Notes under the pieces: generated by a model
Databases searched by the model: none
The model's input: only the letters and a program-made list of their open reading frames with translations
What the model was told of the DNA's origin: nothing
In this document: positions 1 through 8,810 of the stretch, piece by piece
How the letters are laid out: each line of letters opens with the position of its first letter
How positions within the stretch are numbered: the stretch's first letter is position 1
NCBI GenBank assembly: GCA_913009875.1
Contig: CAJVYS010000005.1
Coordinates: forward strand, 1-54,004
Direction of reading: 5' to 3'
DNA length: 54,004 nt
Source: an uncultured Gammaproteobacteria bacterium
Lineage (GTDB): Bacteria; Pseudomonadota; Gammaproteobacteria; SZUA-152
Position numbers and translations under genes: made by a program

Positions 1-2
1 AC

Positions 3-956
3 GTGTGCTTTTCCGATCTTGATTTAGATGGAATAGTTGTTAAACGCTACGATGGTGTGACAGGAGAATTTGGGAAATTCGACGATGAAGATGCTGCGTA
101 CATTCGTTACGGAAGTGGAGGTCTCGCTGGTATTGGAGGATTAGTTTTTGGTCCTGATGGCAATATCTATGTTAGCGACCCCCTCAACAACACTATCAAC
201 CGTTATCAGGGGCCGTTTGGGAATACGCCGGGCGCTTTCATTGATAGTTTTGTTACTTCGGGTAGTGGTGGGTTAAATTTTCCGACAAAACTAACATTTG
301 GACCGAATGGTAATCTTTACGTCGTAGGTGGAGGCAGCAAGGTGTTGAGCTTTCATGGACCACTTGCCGTTGACGCGGGAGCCTTTATAGGTGAATTTGT
401 TCGATCAGGCAGTGGCGGCTTGATTAGGCCTAGGGATTTGGCCTTCGGGTCGGATAATAACCTTTATATTGCAAGTGCAACGGATAATATTTTACGCTAT
501 CAAGGACCTTTGGGATCCAATCCGGGATTTTTTATCGACGAATTTATTTCTTCTTTACGCAATGGTGGTTTGAGTTCTCCGCAGGGGATGGCTTTTGGTC
601 CACAAGGAGATCTTTATGTAAGTGCTAATATTGTTGGTGGTTCTCATAAAGGTGGTATTATGCGTTATGATGGTCAGACCGGAACTTCTAAAGGTACGTT
701 TGCATTTGTCAGTTCGCCCCGAGCCTTAATTTTTTCTTCCATACCAAAACCGGTATTGGTAGGTGATTTAAATAATGACGAGTGTGTGGATCGAACAGAT
801 TTAAACGTTATCTTTGCCGAGATCCGAAGCTCGTCCGGTGAGTACAATGTCGCTTTTGATTTCAATGTGGATGGAAAGGTAAACGTTGCAGATGCTCGTA
901 AACTTGTGACATTGTTTAATAATTCAAGAGGAGCGGCCTGTGGTGCGCCGGCCTAG
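3..956 (+). CDS. NHL/beta-propeller repeat protein with C-terminal dockerin-like (double EF-hand) domain; probably 5'-truncated by the window edge
   Basis: Repeated (F)VxSGSGGL..P..L.FGP.GNLYV blades; C-terminal GDLNNDECVDRTDL...DFNVDGKVNVADA pair; ORF open at window start; AT-richer than neighbouring genes. Confidence 0.7.
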   Translation: MCFSDLDLDGIVVKRYDGVTGEFGKFDDEDAAYIRYGSGGLAGIGGLVFGPDGNIYVSDPLNNTINRYQGPFGNTPGAFIDSFVTSGSGGLNFPTKLTFGPNGNLYVVGGGSKVLSFHGPLAVDAGAFIGEFVRSGSGGLIRPRDLAFGSDNNLYIASATDNILRYQGPLGSNPGFFIDEFISSLRNGGLSSPQGMAFGPQGDLYVSANIVGGSHKGGIMRYDGQTGTSKGTFAFVSSPRALIFSSIPKPVLVGDLNNDECVDRTDLNVIFAEIRSSSGEYNVAFDFNVDGKVNVADARKLVTLFNNSRGAACGAPA

Positions 957-1071
957 CAAGAAGCTAGTGGACTAAACTGATTTGACGTTTTGAATGAAAC
1001 AGAGTCATCGTTGATATCACATGCAATAAGAGTATATGGAGATTTTGGATGTAGTCTCCAGCCATTTTCCC

Positions 1072-2451
1072 TCAAATAAAATTAATATGCTCCGGTGGAT
1101 TACGGATGTCCCACAGAAACTTGTTGACGTAATCCTGCCGGCAGCCGATGGCGCAGTCCTTGTGTACGTCCACCGATTCGGCGATGTCCCTGTGCACATT
1201 CCAGTAATGGTCGCTGTTGACCAGATCGAAAAATGAACCATCGTGCAGGTCGCCCATGTAGAAGCGTTCCTTGTTGAAGAAGGGGCCGCAGGGGTAAATC
1301 TTGCCGTTGCCGGAGATCTGCAGCAGGAAGGGTGTGCCCAGGCAGACGTCGTACTTGCGGTAGCCGTTGCGGTAAAGCTCCGTTTCCTCGCTGGCGCGGA
1401 TCTTGTTCCACTTGGCCTGCACCACATAATCCTCTGTCGACAGGCCTTCTGCCTGTTTCAGCACGTCTTCGATGCTGGCGTAATCCTTGTAGTCGATGCC
1501 GATTTCCTTGTACTCGGAATCGGAGCAGTGCTTGATGACGAAATAGTCCACGCCCAGCTCCGCACCCAGCTCCGCCTCAGCCAGAACCTGATCGTAGCAT
1601 TCAGGGATCAGCACCATTTGCAGGCCGATGGTGCAGTCGTAGTTATGTTCTTTTTTGATGGCCACCAGGCTGCGAATTTTTTCCACCAGAAGATCGAAGT
1701 TTTTGCCCTTGGACTGGTGTACCCGTTGAAACCCCTCGGGTGTGCCGGCGGAGAGATTGAAGCGAATCCACGACATATTGGCCAGCAGGTCGTGGGCACG
1801 ATCCATGTCCAGCAGCAGGCCGTTGGTGGCCATGGCGGTGTCGATGCCCTGTTGCCCTGCCAGCACGGTGGCGTCGTAGAGCACCGGGTTCAGGGTCGGC
1901 TCGCCATCGCCGATGAAGCCCAGCGAGCGCACGCCGAGGCGCCCGCAGTCTTCGATGTAACGCAGCAGGGCATCGCGCTCGATCATGCTGCCCTTGGTCA
2001 TGTTTTGCACCACGGCGTAACAGTAAATACAGGCCGTGTTGCAGAACTTGGTCAGCCCCATGTCGATGTGCACGGGGGCGAAGCGCTCACCGTTCTGCCA
2101 GGCCATCACGCGGTCGAGATGGTGCAGCATTTTGTGGCCGTCGAAGCGAAAGCGCTCGCTGTGGTTGCGGTAGCTGGGGCCGGTGAACTGGTTGGGCACG
2201 CTGGCCGGTTGCGCCGTTTCCAGGCGCACCAGGCCGATCTGCCCCTTGGCGTGCACCAGCTCGACCTTCTGGCCCTGCAGGGTGTGCACCGAGGCGCTCT
2301 GTGTGTTGCCGGATTTCAGTTCGCTGCGGTCGACGATATCGTTGGAGGTGCGCAGCTTGTGGCCAGGGCGCTGGGCGCGTGGTGCGTCGTCGGGCAGGTC
2401 GGTCTGTACGGTATTACCGAAGCGGTTTTTCTGTGACTGGTTGTCAGGCAT
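1072..2451 (-). CDS. Radical SAM protein with SPASM/twitch-like C-terminal domain (paralog A)
   Basis: CNTACIYC (CxxxCxxC), GDGEPTL motif, C-terminal C..C (GKIYPC) and CAIGC cysteines. Confidence 0.85.
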   Translation of the reverse strand: MPDNQSQKNRFGNTVQTDLPDDAPRAQRPGHKLRTSNDIVDRSELKSGNTQSASVHTLQGQKVELVHAKGQIGLVRLETAQPASVPNQFTGPSYRNHSERFRFDGHKMLHHLDRVMAWQNGERFAPVHIDMGLTKFCNTACIYCYAVVQNMTKGSMIERDALLRYIEDCGRLGVRSLGFIGDGEPTLNPVLYDATVLAGQQGIDTAMATNGLLLDMDRAHDLLANMSWIRFNLSAGTPEGFQRVHQSKGKNFDLLVEKIRSLVAIKKEHNYDCTIGLQMVLIPECYDQVLAEAELGAELGVDYFVIKHCSDSEYKEIGIDYKDYASIEDVLKQAEGLSTEDYVVQAKWNKIRASEETELYRNGYRKYDVCLGTPFLLQISGNGKIYPCGPFFNKERFYMGDLHDGSFFDLVNSDHYWNVHRDIAESVDVHKDCAIGCRQDYVNKFLWDIRNPPEHINFI

Positions 2452-2478
2452 GGTGTTTCCTTGCGGTTCGTTCCGGCC

Positions 2479-3588
2479 TCAGAAGGGGCCGCGAAAATCG
2501 GGGTTGGGAATATCCGTCGGCGTGTCCGGCTGTAGCTTGTCCAGTTCCTGCCGCTGGGCCTCGCCGATGCGAACGCCACACACCTGTAGCGCCTGCTCGG
2601 CGATGGTGGCGGCGGTTGGATAATAATGTCCGGCCCAGGCATGGGAGGTGGGGCAGGGCAGGTCGGGCAGGGTGACGCTGGCGGGCGCGGCGCGCAGGTG
2701 GTCGAAGCCTTGGCGGGTGACGCGGGCGATGAGTTCGGCGGCGACGCCAAAGCTCTGGTGTCCTGTGTCCGCCACCAGCAGGCGCCCGGTCTTGGCCACC
2801 GAGCGCAGCACCGCGGGCACATCCAGCGGGCTGACGCTGCGCATGTCGATGACTTCGGCCTCGATGCCCAGCCGGGCGAGGCCGCGTGCGGCGCTCAGGG
2901 CTTCGAGGGTCATGTAGGAAAAGGCGGCGATGGTGATGTCGCTGCCTTCGCGGCATCGCCGCGCCTTGCCCAGTGGTGTCTCGAAATAGCCGGTAGGGAC
3001 TTTGCCGCGCAGCGGATGTATCCAGCGGTGCTCGATGAAGATCACCGGGTCGTCGTCGGCGACGGCGGCGCACAGCATGCCCTTGGCGTCGTCGGGGAAC
3101 ACTGGCATCACCACTTTCAACCCCGGAATATGGGCGAACAGGCTCTGCAGGCTTTGCGCGTGCTGTGGCCCCTGGCCCCAGCCACGACCGACGATGCAGC
3201 GCACCACCAGCGGTACCCGGGCCTGGCCGCCGAACATGTAACGCCATTTGGCGGCATTGTTGATCAGTTGGTCCATGGCCAGCAGGGCGAAGTCGATGCG
3301 CTGATGCACCATGATCGGCCGCAGGCCGCTGATGGCGGCGCCGATGCAGATGCCGGTGAGGGCGTTTTCCGCCAGCGGCATGTCCAGCACGCGTTGCGGG
3401 CCGAAGCGCTGGCGCAGGCCGCTGGTGGTGCCGAAGATGCCCTTGGGGTCGGGCACGCCCTCGCCGATCAGCAGGGTCGTCGGGTCGCGTTGCAGGCACA
3501 GGACCAGGGCATCGTTGATGGCCTCGATGCCGGTTTTCTCGTGCACGGCGGGCGACGGAGAGATATCGGCTAATGGATTACTGGCCAT
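2479..3588 (-). CDS. TPP-dependent dehydrogenase E1 beta / transketolase C-terminal-like subunit
   Basis: LIGEGV...FGPQRVLDMPLAEN, GWGQGPQHAQ, DPVIFIEHR, EVIDMRSVSPLD motifs of E1 beta. Confidence 0.9.
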   Translation of the reverse strand: MASNPLADISPSPAVHEKTGIEAINDALVLCLQRDPTTLLIGEGVPDPKGIFGTTSGLRQRFGPQRVLDMPLAENALTGICIGAAISGLRPIMVHQRIDFALLAMDQLINNAAKWRYMFGGQARVPLVVRCIVGRGWGQGPQHAQSLQSLFAHIPGLKVVMPVFPDDAKGMLCAAVADDDPVIFIEHRWIHPLRGKVPTGYFETPLGKARRCREGSDITIAAFSYMTLEALSAARGLARLGIEAEVIDMRSVSPLDVPAVLRSVAKTGRLLVADTGHQSFGVAAELIARVTRQGFDHLRAAPASVTLPDLPCPTSHAWAGHYYPTAATIAEQALQVCGVRIGEAQRQELDKLQPDTPTDIPNPDFRGPF

Positions 3589-4540
3589 GGAGGTGTCTAT
3601 ACATGTCTTCCACGCGGGGCAGTGGGGCGCGCTGGGCGCTATCGAAGGCGCAGTCTATTTCGTGTTGGATGGCGTTTTCGATGTGCTGCCTGCCGATGTC
3701 GTCGAGCAGCCCGAGCGCGCGCAGGCGTGCGGCCTCCTGTTCGATGGGGCAGCGGGCCAGCCAGTCGGCCTGTGCCTCGGGCGCGCGATAACCCAGGTGG
3801 TCATCGATATCCGGGCCACAGTGCTCACGCCAGCGCCAGGTGTGCAATTCCAGAAACTGCGGGCCGTCGCCGGCGCGGGTGCGGTGTACGGCCTCGTCGG
3901 CCGCGGTGCGCACGGTGTGTAGACGATTGCCGTCCAGCTCCTGCACGTGCAGGCCATGGGCGCTGGCGATGGCGTGGATCGGTCGACCGGGCTGTCTTTC
4001 TTCTAACGGTGTGTAGACGGCATAGTGGTTGTTTTCACACACGAACAGGATTGGCAGCCGGTGCAGGGCGGCAAAGTTCATCGACTCGTGCATCACGCCT
4101 TGCTCGAAGCAGCCGTCACCGAAGAACAGGCAGACCACACGGCCCTCGCCACGCAGCTGGCTGGCCCAGGCGGCACCCACCGCCACTGGCACGGTGCCGC
4201 CGACGATGGCCGTGGAGCCCATGAAACCGGCGTCGGTGTCGATCAGGTGCATGGAGCCGCCGCGCCCTTTGCTACAGCCGCTGGCGCGGCCATAGAGTTC
4301 GGCGATCATGGCAGTGAGATCACCCCCCTTGGCCAGATAGTGGCCATGGGCGCGATGGCCGCTGAATACGCGGTCGTCTTCCGCCAGGGCGGAGACGACG
4401 CCCACCGCGGCGGCCTCCTGACCGATGCACAGGTGCATGGGGCAGCGCATTTCCTGCTCGGCGTAGCGCTCGGCCAGTGCCTCCTCGACGCGGCGAATGC
4501 GCAGCATCTGGCGGAACAGTTCATCCATGGCGTTGCTCAT
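3578..4540 (-). CDS. TPP-dependent dehydrogenase E1 alpha-like subunit
   Basis: HLCIGQEA, GRGGSMH, GDG...ENNHY TPP-binding motif; start set at ATG 4540, overlapping the upstream stop (ATGA). Confidence 0.9.
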   Translation of the reverse strand: MSNAMDELFRQMLRIRRVEEALAERYAEQEMRCPMHLCIGQEAAAVGVVSALAEDDRVFSGHRAHGHYLAKGGDLTAMIAELYGRASGCSKGRGGSMHLIDTDAGFMGSTAIVGGTVPVAVGAAWASQLRGEGRVVCLFFGDGCFEQGVMHESMNFAALHRLPILFVCENNHYAVYTPLEERQPGRPIHAIASAHGLHVQELDGNRLHTVRTAADEAVHRTRAGDGPQFLELHTWRWREHCGPDIDDHLGYRAPEAQADWLARCPIEQEAARLRALGLLDDIGRQHIENAIQHEIDCAFDSAQRAPLPRVEDMYRHLHGQ

Positions 4541-6108
4541 TTCAGCAGGGTGGTGAGATATTTCTGGAACTGCACCGGGTCCACCGGCTCGCGGTTGCAC
4601 ACGGTCTGCACGTTCATGGCCCCGGCGATGCTGCCGAAGAAGGCGGCGATGTCCGCCGGGATGCCCGCAGACAGGCACAGTCCGGCCAGGGAGAGAAAGG
4701 CGTCGCCGGCGCCGATGCGATCAACCACCCGTCCCGATAGCGCGGGGATGGCGTGGCTGGCGTCGATGGCGCGCTCCTGCATCAGCACGCCACGGGTGCC
4801 GCGGGTGACGGCGAGATGCGCGGCGCCCAGGCGGCCGGCGATGTCGCGGGCGATGCTCTCGATATCGCCCTGGCGGTTGCCGGCGGCCATGCGCAGCTCG
4901 GGTTCGTTGAGGGAGACGAAGTCGGCGCGCGGGTAGCGGGTGATGACGTGATAGCCACGGTTGCCGCTGTTGACCTGGGTGTTGACGGCGAGAAAGCGTG
5001 CGCCGCCGGCGAGGCTGTCGACCATGCCCTCGGTAATGAAACCGTTGCCGAAATCGGGCACGATGACGGCGTCGAAGCGTTCGAGGTGACTGTCCAGCCA
5101 GTGGCGTATGTCATGCTCTATTTGTAGTGAGGTCAGGGCCTCGCCGCCGAAATAGACCTCAAACAGTTTGCCGGCATCGTCGCCGATGTAGCGGCGTTTG
5201 ACCAGGGTGTGAGCACGGTCATTGGTGAAGAAGCGTGGCTGGACATTGTCACGCAGGTGTTCGCGGATGAAGTCTTCGTGCGATGCCTGGCCGCCGAGGC
5301 CGCCCAGCAGGGTGACCTTGCGGGCAAAGCCGGCGATGTGATTGGCCACGGCGATGGCGCCGCCGGCGAAGCGCTCCTGGCTTTCGTATTGCACCGCCAG
5401 TACGTTGCCCTTGCCGGTCTGACCCAGCGGGCGGGTGTAGTGATATTCGTCGATGATGATGTCGCCGAGCACCAGTACTTCGAGACCGGCCAGGCGGTCG
5501 AGGCACAGTTTCAGGCTTTCACCGTCGTGGCGTTGGCGAAAGCCGCGCAGGAAGTCGCGCACCTCGTCGTCGAGGGCGCTGAAGTGTTCGTTGAGCAGGT
5601 TGCTGGAGCTGAAGGTGGCCTCCTGGGTGAAGTGGATGCGGCCACCCACACTTTCCACGGCGGCCTGCTCGCGGCGGATATTTCCCGTTACGTCGTCCTG
5701 TGTGCGGATGTAGTCGCTGCCCTTGACGTAGACGTGGGGACGCAGCGCCTCGATGACATCGATGGCGGTCTCGGCGGCATTGATGGCCACGCCGTCCACG
5801 CAGTCCAGGGCGGCGATGCTCTCGCCACGCAGGGTTTCGGTGAACACGGGGCGGTCCGGACCCTTGTTGACAAAGGCGTCGGCGGTCAGCGTCACCAGCA
5901 GCCGGTCGCCGAGCTTGCGCGCCGCCTGCAGGTGCTTGATGTGGCCGATGTGCATGAGATCATAGGTGCCGTGGCAGAGCACGACGCGTTCGCCACGGCG
6001 GCGGCAGTCGGCGGCGAAGGCCGTCAGCGCCGGCAGGCTCATGAGCTTGCCCGGCGGATTTTCCGCGGCTTCCTGCGGGTTGAGTTTGACCACGCTTCCC
6101 TTAGCCAT
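4537..6108 (-). CDS. Bifunctional cytidylyl/adenylyltransferase (N-terminal) and PfkB sugar kinase (C-terminal); HldE-like with reversed domain order
   Basis: N-terminal HGTYDLMHIGH (HIGH) and YVKGSDY; C-terminal VLGDIIIDEY and DRIGAGD PfkB signature. Confidence 0.85.
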   Translation of the reverse strand: MAKGSVVKLNPQEAAENPPGKLMSLPALTAFAADCRRRGERVVLCHGTYDLMHIGHIKHLQAARKLGDRLLVTLTADAFVNKGPDRPVFTETLRGESIAALDCVDGVAINAAETAIDVIEALRPHVYVKGSDYIRTQDDVTGNIRREQAAVESVGGRIHFTQEATFSSSNLLNEHFSALDDEVRDFLRGFRQRHDGESLKLCLDRLAGLEVLVLGDIIIDEYHYTRPLGQTGKGNVLAVQYESQERFAGGAIAVANHIAGFARKVTLLGGLGGQASHEDFIREHLRDNVQPRFFTNDRAHTLVKRRYIGDDAGKLFEVYFGGEALTSLQIEHDIRHWLDSHLERFDAVIVPDFGNGFITEGMVDSLAGGARFLAVNTQVNSGNRGYHVITRYPRADFVSLNEPELRMAAGNRQGDIESIARDIAGRLGAAHLAVTRGTRGVLMQERAIDASHAIPALSGRVVDRIGAGDAFLSLAGLCLSAGIPADIAAFFGSIAGAMNVQTVCNREPVDPVQFQKYLTTLLK

Positions 6109-6697
6109 TGTCTTCGTCGCTCCAGTCCAGGCCCAGCAGATCGGCGACGTAATGCAGCAGGAACAGGTGGCCGATTTCCACCATGCCGTAGTCGTCGGAG
6201 TCTAACCAGTAGTTGATGTCTCCCAGCTGACGTAACGGATTGTCGGCGCGGAAGCCGGAGAGAGTGACCACTTTTGCCGCGCAGGCGGTGGCGCTGCGGC
6301 AGGCGTTGATGATGTTTTTTGACTGCCCCGAGCTGCTGATGGCGATGAGTACGTCGTTGGCCGTGAGCAGGCGTTCGACACGGCGGGAGAAGGCGTTTTC
6401 GTAGCCGTAGTCGTTGCTGAAGCAGGTGAGGGTGGATGAATCGTGCAGGGTCATGGCGCGCAGGCCGCCGACGTTGAAGAAGTCGGTGACGGCGTGGCTG
6501 GCGACGGCGGCGCTGCCGCCATTGCCGATGATGTACAGGCCGCCGCCCCGGGCGCGGGTGTCGGCCAGCAGGCGGGTCAGCTGTTTGATACCCTGATCGC
6601 GCGCAAGTTCTTGCGTGGTTTTTTCGCTGAATGTGCCAGCGCTGACGACGCTGGAAAATTCCCGGGCGTGGGTGGTGAAGGCGGTCCGTGTCAGCAT
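6101..6697 (-). CDS. SIS-domain phosphosugar isomerase, GmhA-like
   Basis: IGNGGSAAVASH, NDYGYENAFSR, IAISSSGQSKNI motifs; start moved to ATG 6697, right after the epimerase stop. Confidence 0.85.
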   Translation of the reverse strand: MLTRTAFTTHAREFSSVVSAGTFSEKTTQELARDQGIKQLTRLLADTRARGGGLYIIGNGGSAAVASHAVTDFFNVGGLRAMTLHDSSTLTCFSNDYGYENAFSRRVERLLTANDVLIAISSSGQSKNIINACRSATACAAKVVTLSGFRADNPLRQLGDINYWLDSDDYGMVEIGHLFLLHYVADLLGLDWSDEDNG

Positions 6698-6698
6698 G

Positions 6699-7688
6699 TC
6701 AGTGGTCTCCGAGATATTTGAACCAGCTGCGGGTGGCTTCATGGATGGAGCCGGCATCCCACAGCGGCGCCTCGCGCCACAGTTCGATGGATTCGAGCAT
6801 GCGGGAGACACCGGTGGCGAAGTCCACCTTGGCCTTCCAGCCCAGTTGTGTGTGAATACGGTGGATGTCGGCGAAGGTGCAGTCGGGTTCGCCGGGGCGT
6901 TTGGGGATGTATTCCACCGCGCCGCCGAGGTGGCCGACCAGCTCGTTGATGCTGTAGTGGTGGCCGCTGCCGACGTTGAAGATCTCGCCGCTGATGTCGC
7001 TGGCGGCGGCGCAGGCAAAGGCGTCGGCGACGTCGCTGACGTAGGTGAAGTCGCGGCTCTGAGTGCCGTCGCCGACCACCGTGTAGGGTTTTCCCGCCAG
7101 TTTCTGGGCGAGGAACACGCCGAACACTGCACCGTAGGCCCCGGTGGTGCGCGAGCGCGGGCCGTAGACGTTGAACAGGCGCAGGGAGAGGGTGGGCAGG
7201 CCGTAGACCTGCGCCCAGTGCAGCACCATTTCCTCGCCCAGGTATTTGGTCAGGGCGTAGGGATACTGGGGACGGATCTCGGCGCTCTCCGGCGTTGGGT
7301 AGACATCGGGGATGCCATAGCAGGAAGAGGAAGCGGCATAAACCAGCCGCTTGATGTTTGCCGCCCTGCCGCATTCCAGCACGTTGAAGGTGCCTTGCAC
7401 ATTGGTGGCGTAATAGATGTCGGGGTGTTCGATGGAGGGCACGATGTCGGCCTTGCCGGCCAGGTGGAATACCCAGTCCACGTCGTCGAAATGGGGGTGG
7501 ATGGCCGCCTTGTCGGTGATGTCGGCCTCGACCTGCTGCAAGCCCGGGGCGCCCTTTACCGGCGCCAGGTTTTCCCAGCGGCCGCTGGAGAGATCGTCCA
7601 GCGCGATGACCTGATGGCCATCGCGGATCAGTCGTTCGACCAAGTGGCTGCCGATGAATCCCGCGCCGCCGGTGACCAGTGCCTTCAT
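6699..7688 (-). CDS. NAD-dependent nucleotide-sugar epimerase/dehydratase (extended SDR)
   Basis: VTGGAGFIGSH, YALTK (YxxxK), RLFNVYGP, GDGTQSRDFTYV. Confidence 0.92.
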   Translation of the reverse strand: MKALVTGGAGFIGSHLVERLIRDGHQVIALDDLSSGRWENLAPVKGAPGLQQVEADITDKAAIHPHFDDVDWVFHLAGKADIVPSIEHPDIYYATNVQGTFNVLECGRAANIKRLVYAASSSCYGIPDVYPTPESAEIRPQYPYALTKYLGEEMVLHWAQVYGLPTLSLRLFNVYGPRSRTTGAYGAVFGVFLAQKLAGKPYTVVGDGTQSRDFTYVSDVADAFACAAASDISGEIFNVGSGHHYSINELVGHLGGAVEYIPKRPGEPDCTFADIHRIHTQLGWKAKVDFATGVSRMLESIELWREAPLWDAGSIHEATRSWFKYLGDH

Positions 7689-7740
7689 GGGTTGTTCTCC
7701 GTGGATATTCTACTGATGCAGCAAACAAACGCCTTGCTCC

Positions 7741-7757
7741 TGCACAAACCTTGCCGC
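7741..7757 (-). promoter_or_regulatory. Candidate sigma-54 (-24/-12) promoter of the epimerase operon
   Basis: Minus strand CGGCAAGGTTTGTGCA, GG-N10-GC, about 50 bp upstream of ATG 7688. Confidence 0.5.
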
Positions 7758-7790
7758 TGAAAATAAAATGTACCCAGGATGTATGCGTCG

Positions 7791-8714
7791 TTATGCCGGT
7801 TTAATGACAATATTTTCTCCTGCATGCATTGGAATTCTATCGATAACGATTAAGCCATTTTCACAGATGAACTGGTCATAGTCTGCTCTATTCGGGGCGA
7901 GCACTTCCAGCATTACAGATGTATGGTGTTCACGCAGTTTGTCGATGGCGGGCTGAAGGACTTCCTTTTCCATTCCTTCAATATCCATCTTGACAAAGCG
8001 AGTGGTTTCATTCAGTAATTGGCTTAAGGTAACTGATGGGACTTTAATACCCAAAGAATCCTCACTGCGGCGCGTGCTGGATACACTATTACGAAATTGC
8101 AGACTAATAGGGTCCTCACTAGCGGAAACCGCAAATCCCAGCTTTGACATATCCACATTATCGACTTTATTGATTGCCATATTTGCTTTCAGTATTTCTA
8201 CTCCCCTTGGTTCGGGCTCAAATACGACAACCTGTACATCAGGGCGGTGTTTAGCAATAAACACCGCGTGATTACCCACGTTGGAGCCGATGTCAAGAAA
8301 CGTACTGTTGGGGGGGATATGCTCTTTTAAATAAGCGATTTCGTTTGGTTCGTAAAAACGCCCATTTATCCACTCATATTCTATTTCCCAGTTTTGTCCT
8401 GTAATGGGTAATAAAAAATCAATACCCGCATCATTGATCATAGCCGCATCACCGCCATGATGTATGAAGTTAAGCACGGCAAGGAATTTGTTGGCTGGCT
8501 CAAAGGCTTGGCCAGAAAGTAGTTCGTTAAGAACATTCCTGGCTTCATCTAGATTTCCCTTTGAGGCCAGAATCCCTGCGGCCTCGAAAAGAAACATTGG
8601 GTTTTTTGCATGCCTATAACCTTCACGCAGCAGATTTTCTGCTTCGTGAAACTGTCCTTGGCGCTCCAGGAACAGGGCAGCAGGAAACACTTTATCCAGA
8701 CTTATTTCGACCAT
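7791..8714 (-). CDS. FkbM-family methyltransferase with N-terminal TPR-like helical region
   Basis: FLDIGSNVGNH, VFEPEP, VKMDIEGME motifs; markedly AT-richer than flanking genes. Confidence 0.8.
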   Translation of the reverse strand: MVEISLDKVFPAALFLERQGQFHEAENLLREGYRHAKNPMFLFEAAGILASKGNLDEARNVLNELLSGQAFEPANKFLAVLNFIHHGGDAAMINDAGIDFLLPITGQNWEIEYEWINGRFYEPNEIAYLKEHIPPNSTFLDIGSNVGNHAVFIAKHRPDVQVVVFEPEPRGVEILKANMAINKVDNVDMSKLGFAVSASEDPISLQFRNSVSSTRRSEDSLGIKVPSVTLSQLLNETTRFVKMDIEGMEKEVLQPAIDKLREHHTSVMLEVLAPNRADYDQFICENGLIVIDRIPMHAGENIVIKPA

Positions 8715-8810
8715 GAGTTAACTCCTTTATAACGCGTTATTGTGACTGTTGTTGTCACTAAATCAATTTTTGGAAAATATGGATGTTGTATTCTTGGTTA
8801 ATAGTTGGCT

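Noticed and set aside
2479-4540. Housekeeping pyruvate/acetoin dehydrogenase complex
   Set aside because: No E2 or E3 genes adjacent; embedded in and translationally coupled to sugar-nucleotide genes
6698-7132. N-terminal extension of the GmhA-like ORF (also extensions of fleR, E1 alpha, PP2C and ABC SBP ORFs in the track)
   Set aside because: Extensions overlap neighbouring genes or repeats; downstream starts fit homology and, in most cases, an RBS or translational coupling
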